The notes under the pieces were generated by a model. It was not told the DNA's origin. It was given only the letters and a program-made list of their open reading frames with translations, and did no database searches. A DNA stretch of 29,277 nucleotides, from the IMG/VR virus record IMGVR_UViG_3300036783_000021, positions 1 through 29,277 of that record. The stretch is one strand, 5' to 3'. The position numbers were made by a program, and so were the translations under genes. This stretch comes from a virus. Shown one piece after another: positions 1 to 7,315 of the stretch (position 1 is its first letter; the number at the start of each line of letters is the position of its first letter).

Positions 1-6
1 GCAGAT

Positions 7-32
7 AAAAAGAGACCGAATACGATTCCTGT
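7..32 (-). mobile_element. Prophage attachment-site core: duplicated 3' end of the SdsR (RyeB) sRNA
   Basis: The minus strand reads ACAGGAATCGTATTCGGTCTCTTTTT, which I recognise as the 3' terminator half of enterobacterial SdsR/RyeB. The match stops at about 33, where phage sequence begins. The ryeA/ryeB locus is an established phage integration hotspot. Confidence 0.8.
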
Positions 33-128
33 TTATTCCTCGATTTTATTTTTTCCTTTCTTTTCAAGCGAATGCGCATCATATCGATTAAAAAGCACTC
101 TGATCATGATGCGTTTTCAGACACAGAA

Positions 129-141
129 AATCATATAGTTA
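129..141 (+). promoter_or_regulatory. IHF-like binding site in the att arm
   Basis: AATCATATAGTTA versus consensus WATCAANNNNTTR (one mismatch), lying between the att core and the arm repeats. Confidence 0.5.
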
Positions 142-149
142 GCCAAAAT

Positions 150-177
150 TTCGGACATGTTCGGACGAGATTCGGAC
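150..177 (+). repeat. Three helically phased TTCGGAC direct repeats, probable integrase arm-type sites
   Basis: TTCGGAC at 150, 160 and 171 (10 and 11 bp periodicity), about 120 bp inside the att core; layout like lambda P'1-P'3. Confidence 0.65.
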
Positions 178-227
178 TTTTTTTGCCTTCCGTGGCATTC
201 GATATCCGTTCATCATAATCACCGTCG

Positions 228-614
228 TCAGGCGGTATTCCTGGTTTCGGCGGCCACTGTTGTGGCTGTATTAGCGCCACTACTCACCCCCAACATTTTT
301 TGAAGCCCTTCCACCAGCATTTTATTCAGCGCCTTCCCGTCCGCCGTCTGATAAAACGCCGGAATTAAATTCGCGTTTTGATAAAGAAACTGCTGCTCAG
401 CAAGCGTAAGCCCAAAATCAGGGACAGCAGGCGGCGGTGGCGGCGCGTATTGCTGTTGCTGATACTGTGGCGGGTAATATTGCTGCTGTTGCATCTGTGG
501 CAGCATATGCGCGTACTGCGGGTAATGCTGCGCCACCAACTGGCGAACCTGCGGATCGTAAAGATTGAGCCCGGCAAGCGGATTCGGTGCGGATAAATTC
601 TGGTACGGATACAT
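228..614 (-). CDS. Q/P/Y-rich low-complexity hypothetical protein (128 aa)
   Basis: GAGGATAAAAA-ATG ribosome site; N-half QHYPQY...QQQQYYPPQYQQQQYAPPPPP; predicted helical C-half. Confidence 0.8.
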   Translation of the reverse strand: MYPYQNLSAPNPLAGLNLYDPQVRQLVAQHYPQYAHMLPQMQQQQYYPPQYQQQQYAPPPPPAVPDFGLTLAEQQFLYQNANLIPAFYQTADGKALNKMLVEGLQKMLGVSSGANTATTVAAETRNTA

Positions 615-637
615 TTTTTATCCTCAACATCCAGATC

Positions 638-665
638 AAGAAAAACGGCCCCGAAGGGCCGGTTT
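638..665 (-). terminator. Intrinsic terminator between the two low-complexity genes
   Basis: Minus strand GGCCC-TTCG-GGGCC followed by GTTTTTCTT. Confidence 0.75.
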
Positions 666-680
666 AAATCAACGCCGGGC

Positions 681-1676
681 TTAGAGCTTAGTGTTGATGG
701 GGTTTGCGGTCTGTGCGGCGCCGGTAAGCGTGCCTGAACCGATATTGATCTGCGCGTTGGTAGCGCGCGCGATCTGGTTGCATTCAGCCAGGCCATGAGT
801 CAGCCAGTTGATGCCCTGCGCCTGCTGCTGGAACTGCAGCTGGTTCTGGTTCTGGTTGTTGGTCATCTGAATTTCCAGACCGTGGGTATCTTCACGGCGG
901 CAGTGATTCAGACGCAGCTCAGTGATCGTGTTTTCTGCAACCGTCAGCTGGCGGTTCAGATTGTCACGGTCAATGGAGCTGATCAGCGCGCGGGTTTTGT
1001 CTCCGTCGTCGCGAATTGCGATAGCGGTGGACAGAGTGCCCACGTTAACAGCGGCATTAACCTGCTGGACGTTTGAGTTAATGATCGAACCGATGGCCTG
1101 CACCGAGTCTTTGACATTGCTCAACCCCTGTTGCGCGCCAAGGCCCAGGCGGGCGATTTCGCTGTTCAGCATTAGGGATTGCTGCAAAGACTGCACGTTG
1201 ATAGTACCGGTGCTCTCTGCGATCTGCGCCTGCGTTTGCAGGGCTGACAGTGGAACTGCGGCCTGAACGTTGCCAAGCTGCTGCAGGATAGCGGTTTCCA
1301 GAACGCGGCCGTTATCACCACACCCACCACCATTACCGCCGCCCCAGCCACCACCGCCAAAGCCAAAACCACCACGGCCTAACAGCGCACCAACCAGCAG
1401 ACCGCCGATGCCACCGCCGAAACCGTCCCCACCAAATCCACACCCGCCGCCGTAGCCACCACCGTAGCCACCATGCATAGGGTAAGGAACAGGAAAACCT
1501 TTAATCTCAACTTCATTCTTGAATGGATGGTCCATCTCAGAATCCCCTTCATCATCATGTTTTGGCGAATCAGACGGCACGCGCACAGCAGATGGACCCT
1601 GGCTAACCGGGCTTGCCGGTTTCGGGTCTTCTGGGTATTCGTTGTCGTCATAATCGCCACCTGTCAGGTTGCGCAT
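681..1676 (-). CDS. Glycine-rich, coiled-coil, QN-rich hypothetical protein (331 aa)
   Basis: AAAGGAGG RBS before ATG at 1676, so the track start at 1703 is too far upstream. Acidic Pro-rich N-terminus, Gly-rich block with hydrophobic GGGIGGLLVGALLG, long Q/N/S/A helical region, DGDKTRALI motif, NNQNQNQLQFQQQAQ tail. Confidence 0.85.
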   Translation of the reverse strand: MRNLTGGDYDDNEYPEDPKPASPVSQGPSAVRVPSDSPKHDDEGDSEMDHPFKNEVEIKGFPVPYPMHGGYGGGYGGGCGFGGDGFGGGIGGLLVGALLGRGGFGFGGGGWGGGNGGGCGDNGRVLETAILQQLGNVQAAVPLSALQTQAQIAESTGTINVQSLQQSLMLNSEIARLGLGAQQGLSNVKDSVQAIGSIINSNVQQVNAAVNVGTLSTAIAIRDDGDKTRALISSIDRDNLNRQLTVAENTITELRLNHCRREDTHGLEIQMTNNQNQNQLQFQQQAQGINWLTHGLAECNQIARATNAQINIGSGTLTGAAQTANPINTKL

Positions 1677-1750
1677 ATCAGCCTCCTTTCGAGTTGATAG
1701 CACTGTGGTTATAGACAGGTTGATGCTTGGCTTCTATTGAGTTGCCAAAA

Positions 1751-1780
1751 TGTTACGTTGTTACGTAACACTACGTAACG
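1751..1780. promoter_or_regulatory. Operator-like array of GTTACGT half-sites around the perfect palindrome TGTTACGTAACA
   Basis: TGTTACGT (1751-1758), TGTTACGTAACA (1759-1770), ACGTAACG (1773-1780), 75-105 bp upstream of the Gly-rich gene. Confidence 0.6.
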
Positions 1781-1807
1781 GATTTACAAAAGTGGCTGGT
1801 GGTGGGG

Positions 1808-1960
1808 TTATTTCAGGGCGGAAATCAGCGGCACTATTGCAGAGATAAGATTGGCTACTCCGTACATGACTGTCGCTATTGCCACAGCACGAATGGCGTA
1901 TCCAACCGCAGCGGAGATCTCTTTTGTGACGGGTGCATCTACTGTTAAACCGTTTTTCAT
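1808..1960 (-). CDS. Small membrane protein (50 aa; in-frame upstream starts possible), candidate type I toxin
   Basis: GAGG-TTGACC-ATG at 1960; MKNGLTVDAPVTKEISAAVGYAIRAVAIATVMYGVANLISAIVPLISALK has a long hydrophobic C-terminal helix. Confidence 0.6.
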   Translation of the reverse strand: MKNGLTVDAPVTKEISAAVGYAIRAVAIATVMYGVANLISAIVPLISALK

Positions 1961-1995
1961 GGTCAACCTCATGAGGATTCGTTTATACTGTCTCA

Positions 1996-2066
1996 TGCTG
2001 ATATGTATTTCCTTGTGCAATAAAAAAACCCCGATGTGCGGTCAACACTCGGGGTTTTGTTTTTTC
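1996..2066 (+). ncRNA. Predicted antisense RNA of about 70 nt against the leader of the small membrane gene
   Basis: Plus-strand promoter TGGTCA(1960)-18-TATACT(1984); ends in hairpin AAAACCCCGA...TCGGGGTTTT followed by a T-tract. Confidence 0.45.
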
Positions 2067-2074
2067 TGCGGGTA

Positions 2075-2097
2075 TAAAAAAACCGGCTATTGCCGGT
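2075..2097 (-). terminator. Intrinsic terminator after the zinc-finger gene
   Basis: Minus strand ACCGGC-AATA-GCCGGT-TTTTTT. Confidence 0.7.
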
Positions 2098-2210
2098 CAT
2101 TCCTTTCGTCTTCTCCAGGCTCTCTGCCTGCACGCGTTCGTGCAGTAAACCTGTCTGTTATTTTTCGGGTAAAACGCACAGCGGCACTCCTGGCATTTTC
2201 TAAAAACCAT
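2097..2210 (-). CDS. 37-aa C4 zinc-finger protein with basic C-terminal helix (CGNR-zinc-finger-like); below the ORF-track cutoff
   Basis: Manual translation MVFRKCQECRCAFYPKNNRQVYCTNACRQRAWRRRKE; GGAG RBS 6 nt before ATG; terminator directly after the stop. Confidence 0.75.
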   Translation of the reverse strand: MVFRKCQECRCAFYPKNNRQVYCTNACRQRAWRRRKE

Positions 2211-2356
2211 AGGGCGCTCCAGAGGTATTGATTTTAATTTTGGTGCTTAGGAAAAAAATTAAGTAATTCACCCCATGCGCAGAAATTGCGGCACGAAGCT
2301 ATTTTTAAGACGCAGTAACCATGAGTAACTTCAAAAAATAACTCTGTGTAGAATTC

Positions 2357-2381
2357 GCCCCTCCGTGAGGGGCTTTTTTTT
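2357..2381 (+). terminator. Plus-strand intrinsic terminator
   Basis: GCCCCTC-CGT-GAGGGGC followed by TTTTTTTT. Confidence 0.65.
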
Positions 2382-2401
2382 GATCTTTGTTGTGAGCGGT
2401 A

Positions 2402-3655
2402 TTATTCAGTGAACGGCGTTACTGGGCCGTATTTACCCGCCGCCGCATTCTCATAAATAGCCCTACCGTGAGGTGCTGAATCAGACTTACTGGCCGTGAA
2501 TCTATGCCAGGCGTTATGGAAGAAAATTTCACAGTTTATCTGTGTGCCTCCGCTGTTGGCGTACCCAGGTGACCGGATCGGTGGGTTATCGTAATTATTG
2601 ACTTCGCTCAGAGAGATTGCATCGATACGTATAAACGGCATAACCGCAGAACCACCCACCGCCTGGTACCCTGCATACCCGCAACATCGCCACGTGCCCG
2701 CCGCCGGGGCAGCTCCAGACTGAATAACATAAAGCGCCTTCGCTGGGTCGCTCACGCCCGAGTAGGCCAGTTCACTCGCCGGCAATTCATCGCCCGGATG
2801 ATAATACTGAGTGTTATCGCTTGTTGAGACCTTGAAAAAGCCAATATCACCAGGGCCGCCGAACTCAGGAACGACAATTCCCGAGCCACCTCCGCTATCC
2901 CCCGGCTCACCCTGCGGAATGCTAAGGTTTAACACCTGAGCAGGGCTATCCCCTGTGATTTCCGCCGCGGCCGGTTCACCCGGTGCCAGGGTGGTGACCG
3001 TGCCGATCGTCAGGACATTGGCGGGGCCAGGTGCACCGTCTTCCCCGTCCGTTCCTTGTTGCCCGTCCGCACCAGGGGTTCCGGGAGCACCATCAGCACC
3101 TGGTGTACCGGGTTCCCCGTCCTTGCCCGGAGCACCATCAGCACCAGCAGCAACAAATAACTGCCACGGTGCCGCCGGCGGTTCTGTACCGGTTACGACA
3201 TTGGTTGCCAGATACTGACTGCCGGCATACTGCACCAGATCGTTTTTGTCGTAGGCTGTGAGGGCATCCCACGGGCCGCGCGGGGTAAATCCGGCATCGG
3301 CTGCAATCTGCTTTGCCTCTTCAATAAGCTCCTCCATTTCCTCAAGAATGCCTGGCTGCATCTGATCCGGACGAAACGAAGTTAAATACTCATTCGGAGT
3401 TCCCGGCGGACTATCCGGGAAGATCTGGATGTTGCCCAACCACTTCTTGCGACCAGCCACCACCTCGCTGACGCTGTACACGTTTGGAACCAGTGATATG
3501 GAATATTCGGCGTTACTGTCGGTTTCCACACTTGATGTGGTTTCGAGCTGAGTTTGCGAGGAGTTGTAGATGGTTTTAAAAATTAAAGCCACGTTGGGCA
3601 ATGGCTTTGTTTCCGGGTCCAGATAGACCCCTGATATAGTTATTGTCAGAGACAT
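2402..3655 (-). CDS. Second (side) tail fibre: Stf-like N-terminal domain, CBM-like module, collagen repeat, fibre tip
   Basis: N-terminus resembles the lambda Stf phage_tail_N domain (ISGV..D...KP..N...YS..L...G.I.I..DS.PGT.N.YL); [20 protein letters not shown]5/12-like segment; 14 Gly-X-Y triplets; GTWRCCG motif. Confidence 0.8.
   Translation of the reverse strand: MSLTITISGVYLDPETKPLPNVALIFKTIYNSSQTQLETTSSVETDSNAEYSISLVPNVYSVSEVVAGRKKWLGNIQIFPDSPPGTPNEYLTSFRPDQMQPGILEEMEELIEEAKQIAADAGFTPRGPWDALTAYDKNDLVQYAGSQYLATNVVTGTEPPAAPWQLFVAAGADGAPGKDGEPGTPGADGAPGTPGADGQQGTDGEDGAPGPANVLTIGTVTTLAPGEPAAAEITGDSPAQVLNLSIPQGEPGDSGGGSGIVVPEFGGPGDIGFFKVSTSDNTQYYHPGDELPASELAYSGVSDPAKALYVIQSGAAPAAGTWRCCGYAGYQAVGGSAVMPFIRIDAISLSEVNNYDNPPIRSPGYANSGGTQINCEIFFHNAWHRFTASKSDSAPHGRAIYENAAAGKYGPVTPFTE
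3020..3145 (-). repeat. Collagen-like (Gly-X-Y)14 repeat
   Basis: [42 protein letters not shown]. Confidence 0.9.
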
Positions 3656-3665
3656 AAATTATCCA

Positions 3666-3692
3666 AATAAAAACCCGCCGGTTGGCGGGTTC
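3666..3692 (-). terminator. Intrinsic terminator after the fibre assembly gene
   Basis: Minus strand AACCCGCC-AACC-GGCGGGTT-TTTATTT. Confidence 0.7.
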
Positions 3693-3696
3693 TGGG

Positions 3697-4275
3697 TTAA
3701 TTCATAAAATCAGGTTCAGGAGGCCATGCGGGGGCGCTTAAATCGACATCCCGTAACACATCGAGATACAGTTGCAGCTGCAGCAAATTATCGCTATCAC
3801 CATCGCGGGGGTTTCCAACCGCTGCGCTGGCCTGAATCGCTGCGATGGCTGCAGATGCCCGGCTTGCCAGCCCATTTAGTTTATTGCTGTTAAAGCGCAG
3901 CGTTCTTTCATTAATGACCTGCACATCCTGGAAAATTTTCTTTCCGTCAAATTTCCAGGTGCCATCGAGCGTTACACCTGCCGGATAATCATCAATAGCC
4001 AGCTCAGCAACAGATTCCCCCTCTTCAGGGAAAAACATCGAGACGGCGTAAGTGTTGCCGCGTGCAGGTACAGGCTTGTCCACTACAGCGACAATTACCC
4101 CGCCCTGGTCATATTTTATTTTTACTGTGTCATCAGAAAAAAGTTTCTGACATGAATACCACTCATGACCATCTTCCGAGATAGTGAATGCTGGTATTTC
4201 ACCAGACCCGTCATCATAGGTCTTCAATAATTCTTTTGATGGGGTAAACGGTTTGAAATTTTGAATATTTTGCAT
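3697..4275 (-). CDS. Tail fibre assembly protein (Tfa-like)
   Basis: MQNIQNF...SEDGHEWYSCQKLFSDDTVKIKYD N-terminus and LRDVDLSAPAWPPEP C-terminus typical of Tfa; follows the fibre gene. Confidence 0.85.
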   Translation of the reverse strand: MQNIQNFKPFTPSKELLKTYDDGSGEIPAFTISEDGHEWYSCQKLFSDDTVKIKYDQGGVIVAVVDKPVPARGNTYAVSMFFPEEGESVAELAIDDYPAGVTLDGTWKFDGKKIFQDVQVINERTLRFNSNKLNGLASRASAAIAAIQASAAVGNPRDGDSDNLLQLQLYLDVLRDVDLSAPAWPPEPDFMN

Positions 4276-4281
4276 ATTTAA

Positions 4282-5580
4282 TTACCCGCCAATAGTGACC
4301 CATGCGCCGTTAATATATTTCTGGACAGGCTTACAAAGTAGATTATCCATTTCCCAGTTACTATCCTGATATGAACTATAGGACCCGGTCACGACATAGC
4401 CCGCAGCCGCTTTGTTTTCGCCTGTATCATCATTTCGTGCGACGGATACTTGCGCCCCGAGCTGAAGATTTGAGATGTATCGGGCATCAAAATTACCGTA
4501 AAGTGACGGAATAATCTCACCAGTAACATTAACATTCTTGCCATGACCGGCAGCCAGAGAGATCGAACCATCTTCATGCAGGGTTAAATTATTTAACCCG
4601 ATATAATTACTGAGGGTTACATCGTTAGCAGCGCCACCCCTTCCCACGTACCATAGATTTGTACCATCGAAATCTTTACCCAGTATGTAAGTTGCCTGGT
4701 CCGCAGCTAATGACCACAAAGAAATGGCAGCGCCATTCCCTTTTACTGCAATGGGTTTCTGGAATGTTCCCCCATTTTTAGCAGAAACAGCATCAACATC
4801 AGTTGCGGTGGGTTTATTAAATTCACTGTAAAGCTTTGCCCAGGTAATCGGATCCGAACCCTTTTTTCGTCCCACGTAAGCGTTAAGGTTTGCTCCGTCA
4901 ACCGCAATAAAATTAGTTGTCGGGGTGCCATCGAATGGCATTGTGACCCCTGACTTACCCGCAGTAGTGTCGCGCCAGAATGACCCGCGACTTTCATCAT
5001 CTACAGTGACCTGACGAGGTGACCCACCCAGTCCCCAGTCACCCACCTGCAGCACATGCCCTGGAGTTGTATCGTCAGCGGATGCTGTAACATCATGCGT
5101 GGCCGCTGATTTAAGCCCCAAATTATCGCGCGCGGCCTGTTGCGCAGTCGCACCCTCAACGGCAATTTCTTCAAGGTTTTTACTGATCTCCAGGTATCGA
5201 CCATCCATTCCCGTTAGTGGGAATAATTTCACCCAAGCTGAACCAGATCCTGGCGTCTCCGATGTTTCTGCTGTAGAGGCATTGTAATAAACCCACCCTG
5301 AGTAAGTGACGAACGCCCCAGCATCCCATGCTCCAGTTGCCCATGCTGGAATCGCGTGGCGCATATTCCAGAAAATCTGAGCGCTCAGTTTATTGAGAAT
5401 TCCGTTCATCCACTCCATTGGTGGGATTCCATCCGTTGGATCAGTGACTTTATTTCCTGCCTCGTCATTTCCGTCAACAGTCACCCCCCAGCCTCGAGTT
5501 TCGGCGGGAAAGTCTTCCAGTTCGCCACTTACGGCCTGTGATGCGAAAATTTGCCCATCAGGGCGTGTGCCTTGGGTCAT
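4282..5580 (-). CDS. Main tail fibre protein
   Basis: GIPPMEWMNG baseplate-anchor motif, ARDNLGLKSAA, WAKLYSEFNKPTA.DV.A, C-terminal PVQKYINGAWVTI; position after the baseplate genes. Confidence 0.9.
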   Translation of the reverse strand: MTQGTRPDGQIFASQAVSGELEDFPAETRGWGVTVDGNDEAGNKVTDPTDGIPPMEWMNGILNKLSAQIFWNMRHAIPAWATGAWDAGAFVTYSGWVYYNASTAETSETPGSGSAWVKLFPLTGMDGRYLEISKNLEEIAVEGATAQQAARDNLGLKSAATHDVTASADDTTPGHVLQVGDWGLGGSPRQVTVDDESRGSFWRDTTAGKSGVTMPFDGTPTTNFIAVDGANLNAYVGRKKGSDPITWAKLYSEFNKPTATDVDAVSAKNGGTFQKPIAVKGNGAAISLWSLAADQATYILGKDFDGTNLWYVGRGGAANDVTLSNYIGLNNLTLHEDGSISLAAGHGKNVNVTGEIIPSLYGNFDARYISNLQLGAQVSVARNDDTGENKAAAGYVVTGSYSSYQDSNWEMDNLLCKPVQKYINGAWVTIGG

Positions 5581-6158
5581 GATTGTCCCTCAATAAATTC
5601 GTACCGGACGCCAGCTGCGCGCGGAAGTATGTCCAGTGTCTTGGTAGCGAATAAAACAAAATCCTCTGCGCTGAAAGTTGTTATTTGCCAAACTGAATTG
5701 GTGAGTTGATCCAATAAATATCCACTGACACCAAAAAGAAGTTCACAGGCACGCTCAACGTCATCAATTTTGCAATTGCTGAAATTTTTAACGCATCGCG
5801 CCCGTATTAGGATCCGCATTTCAGTATCGGTCAATGAAACAGAGTCATTGAGTGCGTCACCGTGGTGGTACCATGGCGACCCACCCACTTTGGATATGCG
5901 AAAACCTTTAGTTTTAGGATTGCCAACGAACGCAAAATATTCGCGCGCTACCGCTCCGGAGAGTGTGCGATCCTGACCAACTATCTTTCCAACGATATCC
6001 AGATTAACACCCGCAGACGTGTCGATATTTAGCATCTCGGGAATGCTGGCGGCACCAGAAAAGCTTTGCGCCCACTGAGCGGTCAGGAGATTGATTGTTG
6101 CTCTGGCGCGTGGTTTATCTGCATATTGGATAACGAGCAAATCAGAGTACGTGCTCAT
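5577..6158 (-). CDS. Baseplate wedge protein (DUF2612-like)
   Basis: LVIQYADKPRA, GVNLDIVGKIVG, LPRAAGV motifs; follows baseplate J. Confidence 0.85.
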   Translation of the reverse strand: MSTYSDLLVIQYADKPRARATINLLTAQWAQSFSGAASIPEMLNIDTSAGVNLDIVGKIVGQDRTLSGAVAREYFAFVGNPKTKGFRISKVGGSPWYHHGDALNDSVSLTDTEMRILIRARCVKNFSNCKIDDVERACELLFGVSGYLLDQLTNSVWQITTFSAEDFVLFATKTLDILPRAAGVRYEFIEGQS

Positions 6159-6160
6159 TT

Positions 6161-7315
6161 TTATTCGTCCGTCACGGTTACTGTCACGTCACCAGAAAGA
6201 AAGCGTGGCTTTTCTACTGCCCCCATCAGCACAACTGGTGTGTCGGTTAATGTGGATCCCTTCCGGCCATACTGGATTGATTTGACGTAACAGCCTGGCG
6301 TTTTCTTTATTTCATCAACCAGATCATCCTGATAAACAGATTCGCCAATATTGAAACGCATGTTGGTAATGTTGTTCTGAATTCCAGTAGTGTCGATTGC
6401 GGTAAAATTCTTTCTTCGGCCAATAGTAATTTGCGCTGCCATATCAACAGGCATTGGCCGGTCAAAAGGAATCGTCACGGCTCTCTTGCTGCGTGGGCGA
6501 ATAATTTGCACGGAAATGGCCCCCTGTAATCCCGTGCCTGGCCAGTTGTTGTAAATGACCTGCGCAATTGCATTCTGATCCCCGCCATCTACAACGTAGT
6601 TGACGGTGTGCGGGGAAACATCATTCTCATCGACTGTATCGGTGTAATTTTCCAGAGCGACTACATCAATGACGCCCGGCACGGAAAAGAGATCACCCAC
6701 CGTTCCATCAACTGTGTTCTGTGACGGCCTGCTGCGGGAACGGTAGAAACGTGCCAGTAATTGTGGATCCGTCTCCTCTTCATAGCCCAGCTCCGATGGC
6801 GTGGTGGTGGTAACTGAATTTACTCCAGAGGTGATTGTGACAATCTCGAGCTCGACATCATCCGCCACAACGAACTGCCCAAGCTGCTGGGACCTGAAAT
6901 CATGAAGGGTTGTTTTATCAGCGCCTATCGTCGCATCTGTTTCAGTGATCCATTGAATGCCATTTGAATCCTTGACGATAAAACCCGTTTTAACGAGCTT
7001 CCCGGCGTCACCAGCAATCTGAGCATCCCTAAGGTAAGAATAAGACGCATCCTGACGCTCAACGCCAGCATAGGCTACCTTCTGCTCGAGCCAGGCGCCC
7101 GTTGCATTGTCTGGATCATTTGCCTGGTAAATCGCCAGAATCACGCCCTCAACATCGGCGCGCATTTGCGCAAGGATCCCCGTCAACTGACCATCTGGGT
7201 CATCGGCATCAATCAGGATGTCGTCGCCATAAATTCCCTTCATCCCCGCCATGAACTGATTGAAAATATCCGTGAGCTGGTCGGCGACGTACCCTTGCGG
7301 TGTTAACTTCCCCAT
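6161..7315 (-). CDS. Baseplate J/gp47-like protein
   Basis: DPDGQL, DPDNATGAWL, G.EEETDPQL..R, V.ALENYT, VVDGGD motifs. Confidence 0.9.
   Translation of the reverse strand: MGKLTPQGYVADQLTDIFNQFMAGMKGIYGDDILIDADDPDGQLTGILAQMRADVEGVILAIYQANDPDNATGAWLEQKVAYAGVERQDASYSYLRDAQIAGDAGKLVKTGFIVKDSNGIQWITETDATIGADKTTLHDFRSQQLGQFVVADDVELEIVTITSGVNSVTTTTPSELGYEEETDPQLLARFYRSRSRPSQNTVDGTVGDLFSVPGVIDVVALENYTDTVDENDVSPHTVNYVVDGGDQNAIAQVIYNNWPGTGLQGAISVQIIRPRSKRAVTIPFDRPMPVDMAAQITIGRRKNFTAIDTTGIQNNITNMRFNIGESVYQDDLVDEIKKTPGCYVKSIQYGRKGSTLTDTPVVLMGAVEKPRFLSGDVTVTVTDE

Noticed and set aside
150..177. CRISPR-like or iteron repeat
   Set aside because: Only 7-bp units with 3-4 bp gaps; position next to att fits integrase arm sites
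365..796. 143-aa minus-strand ORF and other alternative-frame ORFs over the low-complexity genes
   Set aside because: They cross a terminator, lack an RBS and are shadows of the Q/G-rich coding frames
1851..2231. 126-aa plus-strand ORF
   Set aside because: It runs through two terminator hairpins and is antisense to two better-supported small genes
2402..5580. Fibre-switching invertase or diversity-generating retroelement
   Set aside because: No recombinase or reverse transcriptase, and no inverted or template/variable repeat pair seen
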